Below, one piece after another: positions 29,382 through 36,745 of a stretch of 64,000 nt of DNA. A program made the position numbers and the translations under genes. Each line of letters starts with the position of its first letter. Within the stretch, counting starts at the first letter, position 1. This stretch comes from an uncultured Chthonomonadaceae bacterium (GTDB taxonomy: Bacteria; Armatimonadota; Chthonomonadetes; Chthonomonadales; Chthonomonadaceae): positions 128,001-192,000 of the forward strand of contig CAWFQB010000002.1 of the NCBI GenBank assembly GCA_963817895.1. Reading direction: 5' to 3'. The notes under the pieces were generated by a model that made no database searches, was not told the origin of the DNA, and saw only the letters and a program-made list of their open reading frames with translations.

Positions 29382-31118
29382 CTAATCCACTGCTGTGATA
29401 GTTCGCTCTCCTGTATAGCGTGCGTCATGCAGGGGCGCGAGAAACACACGCTTGCCATTCGCGTCCGTGTACTTCATTGTCACCCGCACAAACCTTCTTA
29501 GCCCGCCGCTGCGCGGCACCAATTCTCCGGTCGTGACATTGGCATCTACCCGCTCGACAGTCAACAGAACCAACTGGCGCAACTCCTCGCGTTTCGGCTC
29601 CCCGCTTCCATCCGCCAGCGCCCGGACAGCATCGAGGGCGGTAGGCTGCGCTTCCTCGCGTTCCCCCGCCATGATCGTTTCGCGCTCCTGCGCAAGCGCC
29701 CGATACTCCCGGTCGTAATCCACTTCCTCAACCCGTCCCTGGGTGTAGAGTTTGAGCAGTCGCGCGATCTCCTCGTCTATCTGTTCCAGTGTGCGTGTGT
29801 GCTTTCGGGCAGGCTTGCGGGCGGGTTTATTCGGCTTGGTCTTGGGTAAAAACTCCAGAAAATGGCGGACGACGCGCAGTACGGCATCGTGCATCACGTC
29901 GGCGGTGACTTGTGTGCCTGCGTCGTGCTTGGTTGGATTGGTGCGCCATAACGCGCATTCGTAGGCGTGCCGCCCGCATCCCTTGTCCCGCGCCGTCATG
30001 CGCTGTCCGCAGGTACACCACGTAACGCCGCTCACCAGATAGTCGGTGTCCGTGCTGAGGTGGGTGTTTTTCCGCTTGGCCTTGTTGGTTGCCCAGGTGT
30101 TCCCCGTCTTCCCCAGTGCGTCAGGCAGGGGCGCTTTGCGGTAGAGCGCCTGCACATGGCGCAGTTGCTTGGCCTCCTCCTCACTTATGATCTGTGGAAA
30201 GTAATTGGGTATTTCTACCCGGTCGTGATCGCCTTTGGGGAGGTCGTGGTTGATGAAGGCGGTTCCCAACATCCGCTCGATCCATTCGTCCTCCATGTAT
30301 TTCCAAATTTTGTCTGGTCGCCACAAATTACCTCTAGGTGTTCGGTATCCTTCAGCATTCAGGCGGCGTGTGATCGTTGTCTGACCGCCCTGGCCTGTCA
30401 CCCGCAATTCGATCATGCGCCGTATAGCCTCAACCGTGGGGCCGTGCGGCAGGATTACGCCGTTGTCCCTATACAGCCAAACGGGGAGGGCCATATTCGG
30501 CAGCGATACGTCTTCGGGACGGCCCTGAGCGATGGCCTCCGCGCTTGCTTTGGCACGCTTAGTGATGCTGTCAGAAATGTATTCGCCGATCTCCTCCGCC
30601 TGCATTTGTGCCACTGCCAGCATGATCGTCCGCACCATTTTCCCAGCCGCCGTGGTGGGGTCAATGCTGTCCGAAACAAACGCCAACTGCACACCAGTGG
30701 CTTCAAACGCATCTATCAGGTCAAGCGCCTCACGCACATTGCGGGCCAAGCGGCTGATTTTGTAGAAAATTAAAAATTGGAACTCGCCCCGCTTCGCTGC
30801 CTCGTAATGAGCCATCATCCCTGGCCTCGAACGCCAGGGCTTCCGGCCCGACACGTCCAAGTCACGATATTTCCATGAATTCTCTTTATCAAATGTCCAA
30901 TCCCTGATAGCGCAGAAATGTTCGGCTTTTGATAGTTGGACGCCGGGGCTGACAATTCCACGGCTGGCGTATGCCTCCTCATTCCGTTCCTCGCCGCTGC
31001 TCTCCGCCGCTATTTCGCGCTTCTTGTCGGCCTGGATATGGCTCACGCGGATCGCCGTCCGCGCGACGGGTTGCGCCTGCGTCTCGCGCTCCTGTTGTGT
31101 ATATCTTCGTCTCGCCAA
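29382..31118 (-). CDS. Large serine recombinase (integrase) 1
   Basis: IRVS nucleophile motif, DLDVSG..RPG, KISRLARN, recombinase domain (LNAEGYRTPRGNLW), zinc ribbon CTCG..YEC, coiled coil. GGAG RBS before TTG at 31118. Confidence 0.9.
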   Translation of the reverse strand: MARRRYTQQERETQAQPVARTAIRVSHIQADKKREIAAESSGEERNEEAYASRGIVSPGVQLSKAEHFCAIRDWTFDKENSWKYRDLDVSGRKPWRSRPGMMAHYEAAKRGEFQFLIFYKISRLARNVREALDLIDAFEATGVQLAFVSDSIDPTTAAGKMVRTIMLAVAQMQAEEIGEYISDSITKRAKASAEAIAQGRPEDVSLPNMALPVWLYRDNGVILPHGPTVEAIRRMIELRVTGQGGQTTITRRLNAEGYRTPRGNLWRPDKIWKYMEDEWIERMLGTAFINHDLPKGDHDRVEIPNYFPQIISEEEAKQLRHVQALYRKAPLPDALGKTGNTWATNKAKRKNTHLSTDTDYLVSGVTWCTCGQRMTARDKGCGRHAYECALWRTNPTKHDAGTQVTADVMHDAVLRVVRHFLEFLPKTKPNKPARKPARKHTRTLEQIDEEIARLLKLYTQGRVEEVDYDREYRALAQERETIMAGEREEAQPTALDAVRALADGSGEPKREELRQLVLLTVERVDANVTTGELVPRSGGLRRFVRVTMKYTDANGKRVFLAPLHDARYTGERTITAVD

Positions 31119-31245
31119 TAAATTTCTCCGAACCCAATTCCCATGTGTGCCATTTCCCATTGATAGGCACGAGCATAGCATACAGTTTCGCGCGGGGGGT
31201 CTATATGCTTGCGCGGGAAACAAGTCTATCACCCTGGAATTGAGC

Positions 31246-31452
31246 ATGAGTAACACGCTTATTGTACCCGACACCGCCGAGCCGCAACGCTCTTACGATG
31301 ATGCCATATACGCACACATACCCGCAGACGCCCGCGCTGCACTTCGGGCAAGCGGCGACGTGATTAGCCGCTTTCTTGCCAGTCCCCTGGGACGGCGTGA
31401 AGCAAAGACATCTACGCCGAAAGCACGTACCATCAAACCCTACGCTAATTAG
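31246..31452 (+). CDS. Small hypothetical protein divergent from integrase 1
   Basis: 68-aa ORF MSNTLIVPD..; position only. Confidence 0.3.
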   Translation: MSNTLIVPDTAEPQRSYDDAIYAHIPADARAALRASGDVISRFLASPLGRREAKTSTPKARTIKPYAN

Positions 31453-31498
31453 TGTAGGGTTTGATTTGTTGTAGTGGGAGGATTTTACCGCAGGCGCG

Positions 31499-31535
31499 GC
31501 GAACGATGGGATCAAACTTTGATCCCATCGTTCGC
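31499..31535. repeat. Perfect 18-bp inverted repeat
   Basis: gcgaacgatgggatcaaa c tttgatcccatcgttcgc. Confidence 0.8.
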
Positions 31536-31549
31536 TTGAAGGACTGGAA

Positions 31550-31891
31550 ATGGACGAATACAAAACAGGCATGATCAACGCCCACCTTTCCCTTATGAGG
31601 GATGCCCAAGAAGATATTGGCTTCGCACGCCGCACGCAAGATGACGTGGCGGCAGCGGAAGATGCCATGCGCGATGCTTCCTCAAAAGTCTATTCCGAGA
31701 TCAAAACCGCTGTGGATGAGGGCTTTGTGGTTTTTGTCCACCGGCGCGGTGGCGAAGCAGAACATATCGTCCAGATCGGCGGCTTTGATGCCAACATGCA
31801 CAGTTTTTTGTACTCGCCATCTACCACAGTTGCGCCCTATCGGATTTGTAATTTGCAAATCGCTGACAACGTGGAAATATCAGAGCCATGA
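31550..31891 (+). CDS. Hypothetical protein
   Basis: AAGGA RBS; ATGA overlap with the next ORF. Confidence 0.6.
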   Translation: MDEYKTGMINAHLSLMRDAQEDIGFARRTQDDVAAAEDAMRDASSKVYSEIKTAVDEGFVVFVHRRGGEAEHIVQIGGFDANMHSFLYSPSTTVAPYRICNLQIADNVEISEP

Positions 31892-32397
31892 ACATGAAAA
31901 CACGAGAAGATAGGCAGTTGACGCGGCACATGCGCCCGCGCCTGCACAGTGAGCATTATGGAATCGTGGCCCTCACTGTCGCTGTCGGGCTGTACCTACT
32001 GATGATGTTGGCGCGATCAGCGTTTGCCAGTCCGCCCACAACGCCGCAACTCCAACGGTCTCTGCGCGCGGCAGCGCACCCGCAGGTATCGGAATTGCGG
32101 CGTAAGATGGCGGGCAAAGGCGCTGGCGTCGCCGAAACTCACGGCATGTACATTCGCGCCCCGGAATGCGTCATCAAAGACATAATCAGCACGAAGATTA
32201 CACACCCGCCTGGGAGCAGCGTCACTGGCCTTGTACTCGTGTCCTGCGTGTGGAAGTCAACCGATCAGCGCACGTTTGGAAGCAGAGAAGAAGCGGAAGA
32301 TGCGGAACTCACCGAGGAGGAACCCGGAAAACTACGTCTGATGTTCGCCTGGGCAGGAGGGCATTGGGCATACAAGGGCGCGAAGAAAGAGCCATGA
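31888..32397 (+). CDS. Hypothetical membrane-anchored or secreted protein
   Basis: N-terminal hydrophobic segment; ATGA coupling on both sides. Confidence 0.6.
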   Translation: MNMKTREDRQLTRHMRPRLHSEHYGIVALTVAVGLYLLMMLARSAFASPPTTPQLQRSLRAAAHPQVSELRRKMAGKGAGVAETHGMYIRAPECVIKDIISTKITHPPGSSVTGLVLVSCVWKSTDQRTFGSREEAEDAELTEEEPGKLRLMFAWAGGHWAYKGAKKEP

Positions 32398-32630
32398 GCG
32401 ACCTGTACCGCCCCCGACAACCCGGCGACATTTTGCGCCTGCATGTGCCCGTTGGCGATGTTGAACCCGACAAATATGTTTTGCTGTCCATCGGTGATAG
32501 TTGTTGCCTGGCGGTGTTGGGAGAGAACAGTGAAGGCTATCTGTGCGCCACCTCCACGCATATCTGGGTGTCGTTGGCAGATTTGAGTTTGTTTGTCGAA
32601 ACTGGCTTGCAAATCGAACCATTGGCGTAG
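32394..32630 (+). CDS. Hypothetical protein, 78 aa
   Basis: ATGA overlap with the upstream gene; MSDLYRPRQPGDIL... Confidence 0.55.
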   Translation: MSDLYRPRQPGDILRLHVPVGDVEPDKYVLLSIGDSCCLAVLGENSEGYLCATSTHIWVSLADLSLFVETGLQIEPLA

Positions 32631-32642
32631 GGAGGCATAGGG

Positions 32643-33257
32643 ATGAAGCCGAAGACCGAATGGCATGTAGAACCCTTGAATGCCCCTATCATCAAACCAC
32701 TGCTCTCACGAGAACGCTTGGCATTTCACGAGGCGGGGCACACGGTTGCTGCCGTCGTATGCAAGTTGCAGATCAGTAAACTGATCATTCGGAATGAAAT
32801 AGATGCGCGTGGGCCTTCATTGGGAAAGGCTGGATATGGAATTCCCGAATACCAGCGAAAACGAATCGATACCGATGTCGCCTTCTTTCACCGGATGATG
32901 AGGCGTATGATTATGGCTTCAATGGCAGGGCGCATCACAGAGGAGTATTGTGCAGACTACAATCCGAACTGCCAGGGGGCGCGAGATGACATTGAAGATC
33001 AGATTCGGTTTGGTCATTTTATCCTCGCTGACCAAGATTGCCAATGGTATCAATTTCCAATGTATGCCGAACTTGAGGAACTACTTGTTGAAATCAAACG
33101 CCGTGCTATCCGTATGGTAAAAACCCACCGGTTCCGACGTGCAGTTGACGCCCTCGCTTTCCAACTAATGACATTCGGTACTGTGGAGGCGGATCAGGCA
33201 TTAGAAATTACATTACAAGCATTGCATGGACGTGAAGGAGAATGCGGTTCTGACTAA
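32643..33257 (+). CDS. Stand-alone FtsH/M41-like zinc metallopeptidase domain protein
   Basis: ERLAFHEAGHTVAA (HEXXH), SMAGRITEE, GARDD, VDALAFQL; GGAGG RBS. Confidence 0.7.
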   Translation: MKPKTEWHVEPLNAPIIKPLLSRERLAFHEAGHTVAAVVCKLQISKLIIRNEIDARGPSLGKAGYGIPEYQRKRIDTDVAFFHRMMRRMIMASMAGRITEEYCADYNPNCQGARDDIEDQIRFGHFILADQDCQWYQFPMYAELEELLVEIKRRAIRMVKTHRFRRAVDALAFQLMTFGTVEADQALEITLQALHGREGECGSD

Positions 33258-33321
33258 ATCAGGGAGGATTTTCTAAGGCGAACAGCCAACTCTGAACAGA
33301 CTCGTCGCCAGGAGAATTCTA

Positions 33322-34512
33322 ATGCCGCACCCACGATTCCTGTTGCCCGCTACGCTTCTCGCATCCATCTTCGTCGCCACAGCCGCCCATGCCCAAACAG
33401 GCGGCTACATGGCTTCACGTCCTGACTACCTCGGCTATCTCCGTATCACCCGCACCGGCAACGCCGTGAAGGGTTATCTCCAACAGGTGTATGCCGACAA
33501 CAATCCATCCGGCTATTCCACCCGGCGCGACGATATTATCGGCACGTCCTCAGATGGCACGGTAATGCTCAAAATCAACAGTTTCTTGGGACACGGCACG
33601 CATGAACTGGATGGTGATCTCCGCAATGGGAAACTCTACCTGTCCTACCCCACTGCAAACGGGCAGGTGATGAAGTTGACATTCGCGCCCGTGACCGTGG
33701 ACGGCTGGAACGCTGCGGTGGGACGTTTTCAGCGCCAGCGTACAGTTGTTCAACTACGGCGCGCGGTGAATGCGGCTACGGAACGGCAGCGATGGCACAA
33801 TCAGTTGATACGCGCCCAACTGATCCAGGACTTCACCCGCGCCCATCAAACCCTCAACGAAGCCGCACCTGCCCTCATTAAATGGGAGGAGAAAGTAGAA
33901 CTAGCACAGGCTGCGGTAATGACCACCCAAGCCGCGCAAGAGGCCGCCAAACGCGCCCATGCAGATGCCAAGCAAGCCTACGAGACCAAAAAACAGGACT
34001 ATCAAGCCACCAAAAGTCAGCGCACCGCCGACGAGAATGAGCGGCAATACGCCACCCTTGAACGCGAATACGACCAAGTGGGCAAGGTGTATGACCTCAT
34101 ATCACCGGCCTACGATAAATGGACGAATGCGAAGCAGGCGTTGAGCGAGGCGAAGTCTGCATACAACCAAGACTGGGCAATTTTTCTTCGGGCTGGACAG
34201 CAGGTGGCGCAGGCCCGGCGCGAAATGGGCACACTGGGGCCGCTCCCCATCGAGTTTCATGTCGAAGCCGGAATGAACGCCAGTCCCGCCGCAGACGAAC
34301 TGAACGTCTACCGGCGCTTCATGGATGGGCATACGATGTTGCTCACAACCCTCCCCAAAGACACGCCCTTCACCGTTGCGGTAGCGGACGGCGACTGGTA
34401 CGCTTTGATTCTGAATGATAAGCGGCTGGGCTGGGTGAAGGCTGGTGACGTGAAGGTGATGCGGGGCATCGGCGCACCTTCCCCAACAGGGCGTTCTCCA
34501 CGTCACCAATAA
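33322..34512 (+). CDS. Secreted protein with long coiled coil and C-terminal SH3-like domain
   Basis: Signal peptide ending AHA-Q; Ala/Gln/Lys helical middle; LNVYRR..LPKDTPFTV..GDWY..LGWVKA. Confidence 0.7.
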   Translation: MPHPRFLLPATLLASIFVATAAHAQTGGYMASRPDYLGYLRITRTGNAVKGYLQQVYADNNPSGYSTRRDDIIGTSSDGTVMLKINSFLGHGTHELDGDLRNGKLYLSYPTANGQVMKLTFAPVTVDGWNAAVGRFQRQRTVVQLRRAVNAATERQRWHNQLIRAQLIQDFTRAHQTLNEAAPALIKWEEKVELAQAAVMTTQAAQEAAKRAHADAKQAYETKKQDYQATKSQRTADENERQYATLEREYDQVGKVYDLISPAYDKWTNAKQALSEAKSAYNQDWAIFLRAGQQVAQARREMGTLGPLPIEFHVEAGMNASPAADELNVYRRFMDGHTMLLTTLPKDTPFTVAVADGDWYALILNDKRLGWVKAGDVKVMRGIGAPSPTGRSPRHQ

Positions 34513-34866
34513 ACAGGGCAGTCGTAAAAATTTCCACCTGTCCTGTGTCATTCCTCACTCAAGCACAAATATAACTCCATTACCACATACTCACTCCGCC
34601 CTGCGTCCTTTATTCCGTCCGTTCACCCAAGTTCGCCCCGGCTCCCTATTCACCATGAGGGGTCGGAGAAATTTTCGTCGGGCCAAACCCTTGATTATCG
34701 CCAATCCCTCCATGTTGCATAACTGGTGAAACTACCGAACAAGTGTGCAGGTGATTCGTGGGATATAATGATTGTGCGACAAGAGACACGATCTCTCCGG
34801 TCTCGCATTCATCACTATTACGGCGCGGGAAATTTTCCGCGCTGTACACACTCAAAAGGTAAACCA

Positions 34867-35691
34867 TTGGAAACAATAATTCAATCCACGCAATCGCCCA
34901 CAAATCCTATGCTGTTGGCAGATACTTACTTAGACGCCATCAGGAATTTCAAGGACAAAGCCGGAATGGACTGGTACTACAATGACAGCACGAATGATGT
35001 GCTTGCACTACTCTCGCTGGCAGCAGCCATGACCAGCGAACTAGGAAACCTCCTGTGGGCTCTGAAACGCGCAGTATCACCTTGCGACAAAGGCCACGCG
35101 CGGGAATCACATGCAACAACGCAGTGGTCATGGCTAAATGCTGACGTTGAGCGTATGCGGCAGGCCCTTATAGGCAATCGCAGCCTTATCACCGAACTTA
35201 GTGACGCACGCGACAAAGCAAAGTGCATCACAGAAGTTTATGGCAAGGCATCAGCCGGAGACGCGCATAAGGAACGACTAATGATTGAAACCGCAAATCA
35301 AACGATCCAACCGCTACTACCCGCACAGTTGCCAAATTCTTACGTGGAGGCCATCAGTGATTTCAAGGAAAAAGCCGGAATCGAATGGGACTACAGCGAC
35401 AGCACGAATGACGTGCTTGCACTGCTCTCGCTGGCAGCAGCCATGACCAGCGAACTAGGAAACCTCCTGTGGGCTGCACAGCGCACAGCATCGCCTTGTG
35501 ACAAAGGTTATTCTATTGATGCACATGCAACAACACACTGGTCATGGTTACACGCTGACATTGAGCGTTTGCACCATGCAGTTACAGGCAATCGCGGCCT
35601 TGCCAGTGAACTCAGTGACGCACAATGCAGGGCAAAGCGCATCACTGAAGTCTTTGGCACGAGACGAGCGAAAGAAGCGCAGGCGGCCTGA
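34867..35691 (+). CDS. Hypothetical protein made of two tandem ~138-aa copies
   Basis: Repeat period 414 bp; both copies contain DSTNDVLALLSLAAAMTSELGNLLWA..SPCDKG..HATT.WSWL. Confidence 0.7.
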   Translation: METIIQSTQSPTNPMLLADTYLDAIRNFKDKAGMDWYYNDSTNDVLALLSLAAAMTSELGNLLWALKRAVSPCDKGHARESHATTQWSWLNADVERMRQALIGNRSLITELSDARDKAKCITEVYGKASAGDAHKERLMIETANQTIQPLLPAQLPNSYVEAISDFKEKAGIEWDYSDSTNDVLALLSLAAAMTSELGNLLWAAQRTASPCDKGYSIDAHATTHWSWLHADIERLHHAVTGNRGLASELSDAQCRAKRITEVFGTRRAKEAQAA

Positions 35692-35702
35692 TTATATATA
35701 AG

Positions 35703-35728
35703 ACACGCGGGGAATTTTCCCCGCGTGT
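35703..35728 (+). terminator. Palindrome after the duplicated gene; related copy at 34822-34843
   Basis: acacgcggggaa tt ttccccgcgtgt; no U-tract. Confidence 0.4.
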
Positions 35729-36026
35729 GCCACTTATAGACTAATCAGACTCTCGTAATCGGACTCCTGCCTCCAATCGGTGCATCACGGCCCGGCGATT
35801 TTGCGCCAGTGGTGAAAGCCTCCATCCACGACCCTCCACTGCGAAGTTACCATTATACGCCTATAACACGGCCCCATTGAATCAGGTTGCCCACTCCGTT
35901 TGGCTCTCGTGGTCTGCTGTTTGTAATTTTCACACTCCCAAACAACTGGGGCATTGTCTTCTGCTCGTTGTTTTGCAAGCATGGCGTCCTGTTCTGCCTG
36001 CATCCGCTCCATTTCAGGGGATGGAG

Positions 36027-36401
36027 TTAGATACATTGCAGTCGGGCCACACGGTTGAGTGTCTGCCCGAAGTAGTTGCCATCACGTTCTTCGGCTACAC
36101 CTGTATGCAACCCCATACGAACGCGCAGTGAGCCAGTCTCGCCCCACTCCTCATTTAGAAGACGTAAATGGGATTGAACAGCGGCGTTCAAGGCGTCGGG
36201 CGCAGTAGGAAAGGCCGCGCAAAAGGCATCGCCCACCGTCTTGAAGACATAGCCGTTATTATTCTCAATGGCCTGCCGAAGCAATTCATCGTGACGGGCA
36301 AGCGCCTGCTGCATGGCTCCGGGGTAGGCTTCCCAGAGTTTGGTAGAGCCTTCGATGTCGGTAAAAAGAAAGGTGACAGTTCCAGTAGGCAAAGCAGGCA
36401 T
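36027..36401 (-). pseudogene. Class III adenylate/guanylate cyclase domain, 3'-truncated
   Basis: PTGTVTFLFTDIEGST, VFKTVGDAFCAAF, RVRMGLHTG, YFGQTLNRVARL, then a stop before the usual GGQIL segment. Confidence 0.8.
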
Positions 36402-36690
36402 GGGCATTCTCCTGTACAATCAACACCGCATAGTTCGTCAGCACAAGACATTTTCCTGCCTTCAAACCAAATCCGCAGAACATTCATTTTGCCGTCGTGA
36501 AAACCTTCAATGCCTTATTTTGATACAGTTCATGTTTAGTATTAAAATTCCTGGTGTGAAAGGAGCCAGGCGAGATAGGTGGCACTCGCAAAAAGCCAGA
36601 AAAAGAGAATAGACGCCTCTGTTGAACCAGAATATTCCTCGGTTCAATTCGCAACCAGAACAGCATGTTAGTTATTTACTGTTCCTAAAA

Positions 36691-36719
36691 TTGACAAGTT
36701 ACGATTTTAGTTGTATAAT
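36691..36719 (+). promoter_or_regulatory. Perfect-consensus sigma70 promoter of recombinase 2
   Basis: TTGACA-N17-TATAAT, 26 nt before the ATG. Confidence 0.85.
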
Positions 36720-36745
36720 AGTGGAGGCGTTTAGAAGGAAGAATC

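Noticed and set aside
34930..35660. Possible diversity-generating retroelement template and variable repeat pair
   Set aside because: Differences between the copies are not confined to adenines, both copies are in one reading frame, and no reverse transcriptase is in the window.
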